A stretch of DNA of 64,000 nucleotides, from IMG/VR virus record IMGVR_UViG_3300046747_000672, positions 1 to 64,000 of that record. One strand, 5' to 3'. The DNA comes from a virus. Both the position numbers and the translations under genes were made by a program. Under the pieces are notes generated by a model. It was given only the letters and a program-made list of their open reading frames with translations, was not told where the DNA came from and did no database searches. How positions within the stretch are numbered: position 1 is the stretch's first letter; each line of letters begins with the position of its first letter. Positions 40,073 through 50,961 of the stretch are shown here, piece by piece.

Positions 40073-40669
40073 TCATACGGACCCTCCCGCTCGCGAATAC
40101 GCAAGCGCCAACCGCGTCCGCAGTTCGGCAACGTTGCTCCCGTCGTACCGGAGCACCCGCGAGTCCTCCTCGTAGCCGCCCGGCGCGTACTCCGTGTTCC
40201 ACGGCTGCGCGACACAGACGACAATGCCGCGCGGTCGCACCTTAAGCCAGCTCTCGAAGTATGGCGGGTAGTCGTCGACAAGCACGCGACCGTAGACGAA
40301 CGACTTGTCGCTCGTGACCGTGACGATGGCGTCAGGAAGATGCTGCCGGCACCACTCGACCTTCTCGCTCCACGCCGAAGGCGTAGCCGATGGTCCCTTC
40401 GTAAGGACGTGCAGCGAGAAGCCGACGTCCCGAAGTTCGGACACGACCTCGAGCCCGGCTCCGAGCGGCAGCAGGTTGCGCCAGAAGCCGGGCTGGCGCT
40501 GGATGAGCTTGCGTCGCGCCTCGATGTGGGGCGGTTCTTCCGAGTCGGCGTAGCGCCGCCCGCACGGCTCTTCGGATGGGGCCTGGAGCGCGCACATGGC
40601 GTTGCCCATCGCGCCGTCGTAGTCGGCGATGGTGCCGTCAAGGTCGACGAGGGCCCAGAGGTCCGTCAC
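40073..40669 (-). CDS. 5'(3')-deoxyribonucleotidase, HAD/NT5C family
   Basis: LVDLDGTIAD, LTKGP, EKVEW, DKSFVYG.VLVDD. Confidence 0.85.
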   Translation of the reverse strand: MTDLWALVDLDGTIADYDGAMGNAMCALQAPSEEPCGRRYADSEEPPHIEARRKLIQRQPGFWRNLLPLGAGLEVVSELRDVGFSLHVLTKGPSATPSAWSEKVEWCRQHLPDAIVTVTSDKSFVYGRVLVDDYPPYFESWLKVRPRGIVVCVAQPWNTEYAPGGYEEDSRVLRYDGSNVAELRTRLALAYSRAGGSV

Positions 40670-41497
40670 GTGGTCCTCGCAGTCTCGGAACTGGCGCCGC
40701 GACCGGAGCACGCGACCGGGAGCGCCTCGTCGCCAAATCGGCCACCGCACCGAGGTGCAGACGTTGTCGAGAGCAAAGTCGTGGCCGACGCTCGCTCTGG
40801 CTTTCGCGAGCGCAGCGTGCCCCTCGTCGGTCATCTCGTAGCAGATGCGCCAGCGCTCGGGCTGAATCGTGAAACCGTCGCCGTCAACCATGGCGCCGAG
40901 TTCGGGCAATTCGCAGAGCCAGCCTTTCGCGACCAGTCGTCGGATGACGCGCAACGGAGTGGATCGCGACGATGCAATTGACCAGCCGAACTTGGCGTTG
41001 TGCTCGGCTCGTTTAAGGACGGCGAATTCGGATCGGGTCACAGGTATTCCTTCCTCTCTGTTCGCGCCGTGAAGCACCGCCTGCCGCACCGCGCGCCAGC
41101 GACCTCGACGCGGCATCCGCCAAGACGGGTCTCGTCGCTGCTTCGCATGACGCGTTCGCGATCCGCCGGGTCGCCGAGATCCTCGGACTCGCGCTCGACG
41201 TGACCGGCAGAGCAGACCCACGTCGTGGTCATGACGACGGCGTAAGGCGGGTCGTAATCGCCCATATCGGTGCCTTCGTCCCAATCGGTGGCGGTCAAGG
41301 CTTCCCCTTTGCGCCGGATGCCGGGAGGCATCACTTCACGCCTCCGTCAACGTCGCGCGACACGCATTCGCAGCCGCCAGACGGCGAATAGCGGAGCATG
41401 CGGGCTCCGCCGCTCACGCAGGCACGTCCGCAGACGGCGATCTCGTCGTTCATGCACGCGAGGAGAAGGAAGGGGAGGAGGACGATGACGAGGCGAA

Positions 41498-41986
41498 TCA
41501 TGCAGTCCTCCTACCCGCGCGCACCGGTCGCGCGAGCACGCCCATCGCCGTCGGGATGTGGTGGTCCTGGAGACCGGTCTGCGAGTCGGTCCGCACCAGT
41601 CGGTCGGCGAGGTGCGCCATGTCGCTCGAGTCGTCCAAGATCACGAACGACCGAACGTCGGCGCCGTCGCGGCTCAGCCAAGCTTGGATCTCCCGCCCGC
41701 GCGGCACGCTGCCCCAGAGGACCGGCGTCGCCCCGATCACGTCACCCGTGAACCCGCGCGAGTCGAGGAGGCGCTGGAGGTCCTTGATGGTGCGCCCGAT
41801 GCGCCACGTCGAAGAGACGACGACCTGCGCGCCCGCGAGGGCGAGGAGACGGTTCAGCCGGGCGACGAGGCCGCGATCGATGCGTTCGTCGCCGGAGACG
41901 GGGGAGCCGTGGAGGGCGTAGTGGTGGGTGAAGGTCTCGACGGAATTCAGCACGCCGTCGAAGTCGAGAAATACGAGCGGTGTCAT
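41498..41986 (-). CDS. HAD phosphatase, Swiss-army-knife RNA-repair-like family
   Basis: VFLDFDGVLN, VVVSSTWR, RGREIQAWL, FVILDD. Confidence 0.85.
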   Translation of the reverse strand: MTPLVFLDFDGVLNSVETFTHHYALHGSPVSGDERIDRGLVARLNRLLALAGAQVVVSSTWRIGRTIKDLQRLLDSRGFTGDVIGATPVLWGSVPRGREIQAWLSRDGADVRSFVILDDSSDMAHLADRLVRTDSQTGLQDHHIPTAMGVLARPVRAGRRTA

Positions 41987-42583
41987 GCGGGCTCCTTCGT
42001 TGGGACGTCGAAGTCGCCCCACATCGCTCGGTCGATGTTCGACGGCGCCGATAGCCGGTCCGCTTCGTTGCGGATCTGGTTCAGCTTGCGCTCGAGTGCC
42101 CGAACGGCGGCGTCCCGGCTGCGATGGTAGCCGGCGGTGACGCAAAGGTCGGCGGCAAGCATCGCCGTTGCGGACCACCACACGCCGGACGTGACGGCGA
42201 TGCAATCGACTTCGATCTGGCGAGGGGGGCGATTCATGCGGGGCCTTTCGGGCCGACCGGCTCCGCGTCCGAGCTCCCGGCAGCGATTGCTGCGTTGCAT
42301 GCGGGACAGTCGCTCTCGGCAGGGAGACCGTCGATGCACATGAGCGCACCATACCCGTCGAGAGCTCCTTCCACGATCGATGCAGGGAGGAGGTCGCCGA
42401 CCAAGTCACGCCGCCGGAATTCGATTTGGAGCCGGAGCATCTCGCCATGAAGGAGCTCGGCGGCGGCGCAGACGAGATGGACGCTCTCGCCTTCAGCGCC
42501 GTCGTTTCCTTTCCAGTTCTCTCGAAGGAACTCGATCGCGGACGTCAAGGCGCGCATCTGCACCGGGTTTTCTTTCGTGTGTT

Positions 42584-42985
42584 TCATGCGGGCTCCTTGT
42601 TCAGCCGGACCTCGAACTTGAACCTCGCCCACACCGTCGGGAAGGCAGCCTTGGCGAGCGCGATGCCGCGGTCGAAGTCGATGGCCTCGTCGAAGACGAA
42701 GACGCTGTTCGACCCGGGTCGACCGTCGACCGAGTAGTCCCAGAAGGCGATGGCGGTCCAGTTCGTCCCGCGCTCGTCGCGCGCAAGGTGGATGGCGGCA
42801 AGACCTTCCGGTGCACGCCGATCGCGCGTGCCCGGGGGGACGAGTCCGCCGTCGGTCTTCTCGCCCCACGGGAGCTGGTAGAGCGTGCGGCTACGGAGCC
42901 AGGTCGGACGGTAGTCAGGAGCGGTTCCGGGCCCCCACAGGTAGTGCCCCTTGTCGCCGACGCAGCCGAAGTAGAGGACGCGCAT
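42584..42985 (-). CDS. Hypothetical protein
   Basis: AAGGAG RBS; LYFGC...GHY; WT.IAFWD.SVD.RPGSNS.F. Confidence 0.6.
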   Translation of the reverse strand: MRVLYFGCVGDKGHYLWGPGTAPDYRPTWLRSRTLYQLPWGEKTDGGLVPPGTRDRRAPEGLAAIHLARDERGTNWTAIAFWDYSVDGRPGSNSVFVFDEAIDFDRGIALAKAAFPTVWARFKFEVRLNKEPA

Positions 42986-43304
42986 CAGGTGGGCTCCTTC
43001 GGCAGCAGTCCGTAAGCACGCTCGCCCTTTTCGCCGCCGCTCCGCCTGAGATCGACATGGGTCCAGGCGCGATGAAAACCTGCCTCGCGCAGCGCAAGCT
43101 GCCCGGCATCGTCAAGGACGAAGTCCTCGGGCACGCCGTAGATCTCGATCGAGCGGTCGTAGTAGTCGGTCGTGAAGTCGTCCCAGCGGTCGCCGAGGAT
43201 CGACTGGAGAATGTCGAGTAGTTCATCCTCGGCGCGCGAGGCGGCGCGCTCGGCGGCCCAGAGGCGATCGGCGAGGGGGAGCGAGGTGGCGTCGACGGGG
43301 ATGG

Positions 43305-43757
43305 TCATGCCGCCTCCCATCGGAACTTGCGCTGCGTCGGATGGAGATCGACGCGCGGGCGATCGGGGCGGTTCCAAGAACCGCCCCCGGCCTCGCCGAT
43401 TAGTTTCCACCCAGAAGCGCGCAAACTGGCGCCTCCTTCCTCCGGAAGTGTGTAGGTGACCAGCCGCCGATACCCCATCGAGCGCGCCGCTCGCCAACAT
43501 GCGGAGTAGAGGAACGAGCAGGCGTTCCTCTCGCCCGTCGAGCAGAGCCTCGTGACCTCAGCGGTCCAGCCGTCTTGGAGATTCCTGGCGACGGGCCGAC
43601 CCACGATTGCGACTGCGACCACGGCGGAGCCGATGGCGGCGCCAAGGGCGAAGAGTCCGCCCCGTGGCGGACGATGGTGCCGGTGATGCTCGGCAACGAA
43701 GACCGACGCTTCGCGAAGCGAGATGGGGCAGAGAGCGAGCCGCTCGGCGAGCGTCAT
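43305..43757 (-). CDS. XF1762-family GNAT-like protein (Mom-related DNA-modification candidate)
   Basis: HHRHH.P, IVGRPVAR, EVTRLC, NACSFLY, TYTL..E.GASLRASGW. Confidence 0.8.
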   Translation of the reverse strand: MTLAERLALCPISLREASVFVAEHHRHHRPPRGGLFALGAAIGSAVVAVAIVGRPVARNLQDGWTAEVTRLCSTGERNACSFLYSACWRAARSMGYRRLVTYTLPEEGGASLRASGWKLIGEAGGGSWNRPDRPRVDLHPTQRKFRWEAA

Positions 43758-44272
43758 GGCGTCTCCTTCGTCGCCCACATCTTGAACAGGGTGACGACGT
43801 TGTTGAAGGCGTTCGCCCGCCCGTTCTGGAGACCAGCGGCGTCGCGGTAGCCAGCCGAGATCACCCGGCCAAGCTCGTCGCGGTCGACCGCGCCCCAGAA
43901 CAAGTCGGACGCTTCCTTGGTCAGTCCGAGACCGGCGCCGGCCGAGCAGACCGCGGCCCGCATCTGATCGACGATGGCGCCGCTCGGCGCCGAGAACAAC
44001 CATTCCAACTGTGCCTCCCGCGGCGCGCCGTCCGGCTGCTCCAGGTGGCAGTGGTCGCAGAGGAGGAAGAAGTTGTCCGGCTCGTTCGAGCCCCCGTGGC
44101 TTGCGGCGACGACGTGGGCGCGGGACGGCTTGCTACTGCCGACGCAGCGGCAGGCCCAGCAGGTCAGCGCCGCCTCCTCTGGCGCGATGCCGAGCCGCGC
44201 GACGAGGGCAGTATTCGACTCGACGATTGCCGCGTGCGGCGGGCGGGGCATAGGCCCTCGGCGAGAGGTCAT
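43754..44272 (-). CDS. HNH endonuclease
   Basis: CWAC...AHVV...GGSNEPDNFFLLCDHCH. Confidence 0.8.
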   Translation of the reverse strand: MTSRRGPMPRPPHAAIVESNTALVARLGIAPEEAALTCWACRCVGSSKPSRAHVVAASHGGSNEPDNFFLLCDHCHLEQPDGAPREAQLEWLFSAPSGAIVDQMRAAVCSAGAGLGLTKEASDLFWGAVDRDELGRVISAGYRDAAGLQNGRANAFNNVVTLFKMWATKETP

Positions 44273-44419
44273 CGCCAGACCCTCCGCTCTCGGCAGGTTG
44301 AGCCGCGCCAATTTCCGCGGCACAGCGTCACCCAGACAGGGTATTTTACGGGAAGCATCGCCGCTGCACCGCTACGGTTGGTCCTCGTAGATTCCCGCAC
44401 GCTCGACCTTGGCGCCTTC

Positions 44420-44440
44420 TTCGAGTCCAGGCGCTGGAGC
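44420..44440 (+). other. Putative attP core (3' end of a tRNA-Asn gene)
   Basis: TTCGAGT-CCAGG-CGCTGGA-G-C = T loop, 3' T stem, 3' acceptor strand, discriminator; about 50 bp from the integrase stop; tandem AGTCAA repeats nearby. Confidence 0.7.
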
Positions 44441-44492
44441 TGCAAAACAGCTAGATTCGCGACGCAGTCAACCAGAGAGTCAATTTCGTGTT

Positions 44493-45653
44493 TCATGCCG
44501 GCGCCGGCTCCTTCTTGGTGGCGACGCTCGCCAAAGTGAGGACCGGAAGGCACTGGACGGCCTCGCAAAGCGGCCCCCAGTCCCAGTTCGTATACTGGTC
44601 GACGATGTCGCCCTTGGCGTTGTGGGTGATCCGCTCGACGACTTCCTTCCTGGCGCCACCTCGGCGGGCAAGAGAGATGAACGTGTGGCGGGTGGCGTGG
44701 ACCGTGTGGGGCGCGATCTCGACGGCCCTGCACGCCGTCAAGAACCGCTTGTAGGCCATCGACTTCGTGAGACACGCTGCAGCGTCCGGCACGTCGCGGC
44801 GAGGAACGATGAAGTCGTTGGGGCGAGGCTTCCGCAAGTAGAACAACTCCCAGCCTTCTCGATACCACTTGTCGAGGATGTTTTCGAGCGCAGGATGCAC
44901 CGGAGCGCGTCTCGGGCGCTCTGTTTTTAGCGGCTGCCCGTCATACTGACTGTCGATGGTCAGACATTGCAGCGGGAGCGATGCGCGATCGAGATCTCGC
45001 CAGCGCCGCCCGCAGACCTCGCCCTCACGCATCCCGGTAAAAAAGGCGAGCGCTACCCAGACGCGCGCATCCCAATCGACGCGGCTGTCCGACGTGAGAA
45101 TGGCGACTTCGCTTGAGGCGTAAGGCTCTCTCGGCGCCGAGGTCCCACGCCGGAGGGTCCCTGCCGGTAGTTCGCACGGGTCGATGGCGGTCAACTCGTG
45201 AATCCTTGCGTCGCGAAACATCGTGCGAAGAACGCCGACGATGAGCGCGATCGACTTCTCGCTCAATCGCATCCGCTTGCCGTAGCGACCGCTGTACGTC
45301 TCGCGGAGGTCGTCGACGAGTTGGACCGTGTGACGGACTCGGACATCCTCCACCTTGAGCCGCGCATACCATGGTGCTCTCGCGAGCACGTGGTTCTTGA
45401 ACAGGCTCTCCTCGTTCGCCGCCGAACGACCCTTCCGCTTCGGAAACCAAGCTTGCGCATAGGATCCAACGGTCGCGGCGCCGGTCTTCCTGGCGGAGTA
45501 TGTGCCGACGGCGATCTCCTTTTTCATAGCCGCGTCGCGGCGCTCTGCTGCCCGTCGGTCTGTCCCGACACGCTCCCAGAGTTGTTGTTTGCCCCACTTA
45601 TTCGCGATCCAATAGACGGTCGAGCTCTTCAGCTTGCGTGGGACGACGGCCAT
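44493..45653 (-). CDS. int: Tyrosine recombinase/phage integrase
   Basis: TGMREGE (R), LKT (K), HATRH (HxxR), TH, DQY (Y). Confidence 0.93.
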   Translation of the reverse strand: MAVVPRKLKSSTVYWIANKWGKQQLWERVGTDRRAAERRDAAMKKEIAVGTYSARKTGAATVGSYAQAWFPKRKGRSAANEESLFKNHVLARAPWYARLKVEDVRVRHTVQLVDDLRETYSGRYGKRMRLSEKSIALIVGVLRTMFRDARIHELTAIDPCELPAGTLRRGTSAPREPYASSEVAILTSDSRVDWDARVWVALAFFTGMREGEVCGRRWRDLDRASLPLQCLTIDSQYDGQPLKTERPRRAPVHPALENILDKWYREGWELFYLRKPRPNDFIVPRRDVPDAAACLTKSMAYKRFLTACRAVEIAPHTVHATRHTFISLARRGGARKEVVERITHNAKGDIVDQYTNWDWGPLCEAVQCLPVLTLASVATKKEPAPA

Positions 45654-45931
45654 TACTTCACCCGCCGCAGACTCTCGCGCAATTCGGACTTGAAGAAGCG
45701 GTACTCTCGCGTCCCGATCTTGTGGTAGGGGATCTTGCCTTCCTTGGCGCGCCTAGCGAGCGTCTTCGGGTGAATACCGACGAAGCCAGCCGCCTGCTTC
45801 AGGTCCATGATCTCGTTGGCGGGCTGCTGGTCGCGCTCCGCCTGCGCTTCGAGTTCTTCGCGGAGGACCTCGCGAATCTTTTCGATCAAGTCCGGGGTCA
45901 TTTCGTCGATCACGCGTCGGCTCGCCATCAT
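45653..45931 (-). CDS. xis: Excisionase-like HTH protein
   Basis: MDLKQAAGFVGIHPKTLARRAKEGKIPYHKIG..YRF; coupled to int. Confidence 0.8.
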   Translation of the reverse strand: MMASRRVIDEMTPDLIEKIREVLREELEAQAERDQQPANEIMDLKQAAGFVGIHPKTLARRAKEGKIPYHKIGTREYRFFKSELRESLRRVK

Positions 45932-46356
45932 GTCTCTCCCTTTACATAATCGACAAGCTTCGCCGACTTGCGCCGTCGCGCCGGCTTTAACGTGTTACGA
46001 ATGAACGCCCGAATTTCGGGACCGTAAATGAACCATTCCCCACGTATTCGCAGATGTCGAAAACGGTCGTGCAATTCGAGCTCAAGTTCTTCTCCGCCGC
46101 CTCGAATGAGGAGGACACATTCGATTGGTTGATGGTTCCCGATCTGAAGAAACGACACGCGTTTCGGGAAGTCCGTGGTGCGCCCTATCTTGACCGCCCT
46201 CATCTTCCCTGCGCGAACGAAGTAGACAACGGATTGTTTTGGCTCAGGAGGAGTGTCGTATCTACCTTCCGCTTGCCATTGCGCCGCAATAGCGGCCACC
46301 TCGGCGACACCGACAGACGACTCTTGCGTGAACTTATATCCTTCACCGTCACCCAT
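45928..46356 (-). CDS. GIY-YIG nuclease (T5orf172/Mug113-like)
   Basis: VYFV, VKIGRT...R...LQ.GN, E.ELH.RF...RIRGEWF. Confidence 0.85.
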   Translation of the reverse strand: MGDGEGYKFTQESSVGVAEVAAIAAQWQAEGRYDTPPEPKQSVVYFVRAGKMRAVKIGRTTDFPKRVSFLQIGNHQPIECVLLIRGGGEELELELHDRFRHLRIRGEWFIYGPEIRAFIRNTLKPARRRKSAKLVDYVKGET

Positions 46357-47320
46357 CACCAGCCTCCACTTCCTTCCCAGCGCGCTCCGAAGTTGCTCAC
46401 AGCCCTCGTCGCCTCCGCTCGACTTCCTTCGTGACGCGCTCCTCGACCGCCTGCGCCGCCGCCCGCTTGAGCCACTCCGTGAGGTGACTGTTCTTGGTCC
46501 ACGCGACCGAAACCGCCTCATCGATGGCGCTCGACAGGCGTCTCCGGATCTCAGCCTGGATCATCGGCACGGCCTCGCGCTTGACGAACGCGACGACGTC
46601 GAACTCGTCGATCGCCTGTTCGACGGCGCCCTTGATGCCTGCAACAAGCTCCGTGGTCTGCGACACGACGGCCGCGACCATCTGCTGCTTCATGTAGTCG
46701 AGCTCGATGCGAATTCTCGGAAAGTCCGGTCTATCCATCGCCCTCTCCTCTGATCTCTCTCCACCCGCGCCACATCATGTAGACGCCCATAACGAACATG
46801 CCGACCGCGAGCCCGACCCCGAAGCCGTCCGAGAATTCGTGCGACATCACGCCCGCCCCAAATTCGCCGCCACCACCACACCCCCGCGCGAAGCCACACC
46901 CCACCACGCGTTGCGCTGGTAGTCGGTCCACCCTCGTGGGCGCAGCGCTCGCAGGCAGACGGGCACCGTGTAGTTCGGCGCCGGCTCCTTCCCCGTCACC
47001 GCGATCCACGTCCACCGTCCAGCCCACCCGCGCGACCAGACGTCGCCCTTGCGGCGCAGCGAGCGAATGCGCGAGACGCGCTTCTTCATGGTGCGGCGTT
47101 TCACTTCGTCCCCTCGGCAGCGACAGCGTCGCGCAGCGCCGCGGCGAGCTGGCAAGTACCATCGTGCTTCGCTTCGCTCACGACGTAATGCCGCACGTCG
47201 CATTCAGCGCACTCGACGTATTGAGCGCCGTCGTCTGCGTGCCGCCCGTGAACCCACTCCCTCGCCATCAGCAACGCGGCGAGGCGCCCCACGAGCTCGA
47301 TGAGGGCGTCCTCGTCGTAG

Positions 47321-48139
47321 TCAGCTAGCACGTTCCGCCTCCTTCGCCCGCCGAACCGGCTCCGGCTTGTTCGGTCCGTACTTGTCAGACAGCGGCATAT
47401 AGATCGCGCGCGCGTCAACGTGCTCGAAATGGTACGAGCCGTCGTCCAGCAGCACCATCGCCGTAAGCCGTCCGCCAGCATAGCAGCCGGTGTCGATGCC
47501 AACGCACGTGGAAGCGTGACCGCTGCCGAATTCGCCTACCTCGTTGCTGTCGACATGCGGTCCGATGAAGCGATGAATGTGGTGCCCATAGACGATGTTC
47601 TCCGGTCCTCGCCACCGCTGCGACCAGAACCACTTGTCCGTGGGGTCTGGCGCGTCCCCATCCTTCGCTGAATACGCCGTGCCATCGTCGTTGATGAACC
47701 GCGTGCGGAGAAGCGCTTGCGAGTCCTTCTGCTCCTCGAAGGTCTTACTCGGCTCGAGTCCTGCGTGGATCGCATACCACCCTTGGCCGATGTCGATCGA
47801 CATGGGCAGGCCGTGCATCCACTCGATGTCGTCGTCCGTCAACGCGAGGTTCTGCGCCGCCTGCACGGCCGTGAAGCGGATTGGATTCTTCTTGCCTCCT
47901 GCTACCTCGCGAAGGTGGTGCCCGCGCCAGCGCACGTGCTTGTCATCGTGGTTCGAGGCCGTGCTTTCAAAGCCAGCCTTGCGGACCATCCGGACGACGC
48001 CGACCGGATCGGGTCCTCTGTCCATGAAGTCGCCGAGCATCACGACGCGATCGGTTGAACCGACGGCGAGGACGGTGAGCAGCTCTTCGAGCTCGACGCG
48101 GCACCCGTGCACGTCGCCGATCACGAGGACGCGGCTCAT
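47321..48139 (-). CDS. Metallophosphoesterase (ApaH/PrpE/Pnkp-phosphatase-like)
   Basis: IGDVHGC, GDFMDRGPD, SNHD, HAG, YGH, GIDTGC..GGRLTA. Confidence 0.9.
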   Translation of the reverse strand: MSRVLVIGDVHGCRVELEELLTVLAVGSTDRVVMLGDFMDRGPDPVGVVRMVRKAGFESTASNHDDKHVRWRGHHLREVAGGKKNPIRFTAVQAAQNLALTDDDIEWMHGLPMSIDIGQGWYAIHAGLEPSKTFEEQKDSQALLRTRFINDDGTAYSAKDGDAPDPTDKWFWSQRWRGPENIVYGHHIHRFIGPHVDSNEVGEFGSGHASTCVGIDTGCYAGGRLTAMVLLDDGSYHFEHVDARAIYMPLSDKYGPNKPEPVRRAKEAERAS

Positions 48140-49212
48140 GAAAACGACTCCTCGACGAGCTCTCGGCACAAGGCGTCGAGTGCCGGGCGATCGGTCGAGT
48201 GACGCAGCGTCGACGTCTTGTAAAGCTCGCCAAGTTCCGCGTCCTGACGCGCGGCCCACTCGGTCAACTCTTCGTACGACCACGCACCGTTGCGAATCGC
48301 GAGGAGTTCGTCCCGATCGGGACGCTTCACGATCACGCGCCAGCTCTCCAAAATCTCGCGACACATTCGCATGAGCCGCACCAGGTGCATGGCGTGCTTG
48401 GTGTCAAAGCCCCACTTCGACTCAAGTGCGGCACGCGCTTCGTTCCTGGTTGCCTTCCAGTTCTGATACTGCTCCCACTCGACTTTGCGCGCCTTGTACT
48501 GGCGCTCCAGATCAAGCAATCGGAGGAAGTTCTCCTCGTAACCAATCGAGCGCGCGGCGGCGGCGTACTGCGCATCGGCCGTAACCCCGATTTCGCCGAG
48601 CATCTCCGCCATGAGGTTCTGAAGACGGATCCGGTCCGCTGGCTCGACTCCTGACATGTCGTCCAGGTGCCACTCGCCGAGTCTCTTCTCGATCGCCGCG
48701 TGCGCCGCCTGAAGCTGGTCCGCAGGGATGACTGTTCGCTCGGGCAGACCCAGATCGGTCCGTGTCGGCGGCGATTGAGGTGGCGTCTTCAGCCACCTGT
48801 AATGGGTCGCGATCCGCTTGAGTTGCGCGTGCGCGTATCCCGAAAATGTGAAGCGCGCCTTTTTCGAAAGAAACAGCTCTCGCGCCTCGAGTAGCCGAAG
48901 CCCAGCTGGCGTCACCATTCTCCGGTCCGCCTCGTCGCCCCACAAAACTTCGATAATGTTTGGATTGCACTCCGAGGCGAGCGCGAAGAACTTCCGGATG
49001 TCGTAGACGACCATGTCCGGGTCCTTCGACTCCGCTTGTTCGAAGCGCTTGTCGAACCCATGGAAGTACTCACGCGGCGGGATGGCAATCCCTTTGATGT
49101 CGATGTCGCTCGTTGGCGTGTTGAGTCCGTACGCCGTTGAGCCGTGCGTGACGCAGAGAATCGTCCGCTCGCGAAGCCACGTGAGATTACCTCGGTAAGG
49201 TAGCGGTTCCAT
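48136..49212 (-). CDS. Pol-beta-family nucleotidyltransferase (YcgL/RlaP-like)
   Basis: HGSTAYGLNTPTSDIDIKG, NPNIIEVL, GFDTKHAMHLVRL. Confidence 0.88.
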   Translation of the reverse strand: MEPLPYRGNLTWLRERTILCVTHGSTAYGLNTPTSDIDIKGIAIPPREYFHGFDKRFEQAESKDPDMVVYDIRKFFALASECNPNIIEVLWGDEADRRMVTPAGLRLLEARELFLSKKARFTFSGYAHAQLKRIATHYRWLKTPPQSPPTRTDLGLPERTVIPADQLQAAHAAIEKRLGEWHLDDMSGVEPADRIRLQNLMAEMLGEIGVTADAQYAAAARSIGYEENFLRLLDLERQYKARKVEWEQYQNWKATRNEARAALESKWGFDTKHAMHLVRLMRMCREILESWRVIVKRPDRDELLAIRNGAWSYEELTEWAARQDAELGELYKTSTLRHSTDRPALDALCRELVEESFS

Positions 49213-50961
49213 CGTCACCTCTCCCACCCCTTCGCCCCGATCAGCCTCCGCACGTCGGCGGCCATCGACTCGCGCCCGGCTTCGTAGGCGGCGTTGAGAA
49301 GCGACGCGACGCGATCTGCGTCAATCCTGGCGACGTTGTCGCCGTCGTTCACGGACAGCGTTGCCGCTTCATTGAGCGGCTGCATGAAGTACAACGGCGG
49401 CGAGATCCTGGCCATCCCTGGCCCATGGAACTCGTGCGCGACGCCGAGCGCCGTCGTGGTCTCGGTGACGGAGTAGGGGAGCTTGGGGGCGGTCATCGAT
49501 TGAGAGCCTTTCGGAGCATCTCAACGCTTCCGCCGTTCGAGTTCGGATGGAACCGGAGCGCGACGCCTGCTGCGTACTCCAGTTCGGCGACGCGCGACTT
49601 AAGCGCGCGCGCCAGCTCACGAAGCTCCTCGTACTGCCCGACGTCGATCGTAGCCCGCCCCATCGACGACACTTCGCTCAGCAACCACAACTCTCGGTCG
49701 TTCATCGTCACTCCTCCGTCGTGCAAAGCCAGCCGCGCCCGCATCGCTTCACCCACTCGATGGCGGTGAGCTCGACGTCAGAACTGTCGTCGTCATCCAT
49801 GGTCGGTAGTCCCGTCTCGTTGTTGCACCAGATGGTCAGCTTCTCTTCGTCGTGGATGGCGAGCCAGTATTCCTCATCCTCACCCGCACCCGCCCCGGCG
49901 TTCGGGAAGCCCAGGGACTCCGCCCACGCGTTCCACGCGTCCTCCTTGCTTTCGGCGATGACCCACTCGCAGCGGTCGGGCGAGACATAGAGCTTCAGTG
50001 CGCCCACCTCACCCACGCGCCACCTCCAGTCCCAGGTCGATCTTCACAGCGCACGCCGCCGAGCACGCGAAGTGCGTCGCCTGGCGCCCTTGCGGCAACA
50101 GGTCGCGCCGCATCAGCCACCCGGGCGGCAGGCAGTCGACGGGCTCGCCGAGGTCGCTCGCGCTCACGCTGCCTTTCGCGACGGCGCAGCAGGACGCGCA
50201 CGTGAACGTCGTGGGGCGGAGCCAGTGGCGGAGGTCAGGCATCGGCGGCATCGTTCTCTCGTTCCTCTTCCGCGACCTCTTCGGCCCACTTCTCAACGTC
50301 AACTAGTGCCCGTTCGACGGCAGTCCCGAGAGTCGCGCCTTCCCATTCGTAACAGCGCGACGGTACGATGACGTAGCACCACAACTTCAGCTTGACCCAG
50401 TCGTCGCCCTTGGATGTCTCGAAGTGGTTCGGCAAGTGAATCTCCCACGTTCCCTCGTAGGTCTTGCAATGCGGCTCGAAACGAAGCTTGCGCGCAATGG
50501 CGGAGAACGTCGCCTGCCTCAACGCTTGGAAGGCGGCGATCTCGTCGCCGGAGAATAGCGGCTTGATGGGCTGGTTCACGGCGCCGTCCCCGCACAACGG
50601 TGGTCCCACATGGGAACCATCTTCGATGCGAAGTCCCAGATCGCGACCAGCATCTTGCCGAAGTTCTCGCCGTCGCCACGCCCGCACATGTGGAGGCTTT
50701 CTTCCTCTGCCATCCTGAACTCGAGGCAGCCGTCCCATTTCACGTACCCGCTCGCGAACCGTCCCGCCTCCTCGATGCGCTCGACCATGTCGAGCGACTC
50801 TCCGCCGCGTCGCCGGTAGAACCGTTGCGAGCGGTCGAGCGACCAGCCGATGATTTCGTAGACCTCGAAGTCGGCGCCGTGCTCCGAGCAACCTCCGAAT
50901 GGCGTCAGGCGGATCGCGAAGTTGATCGCGTCCATGTTGTGGGTGGTCCACTGGCGGTCGA

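Noticed and set aside
40670-41284. 403-aa fusion upstream of the nucleotidase
   Set aside because: The HAD domain begins at about 40669 with its own GAGGA RBS; the upstream part looks like a separate small gene in the same frame. A true fusion is not excluded but is unsupported.
44420-44440. Complete tRNA gene
   Set aside because: Only the T loop to discriminator is present; the upstream sequence cannot supply the 5' T stem or acceptor strand.
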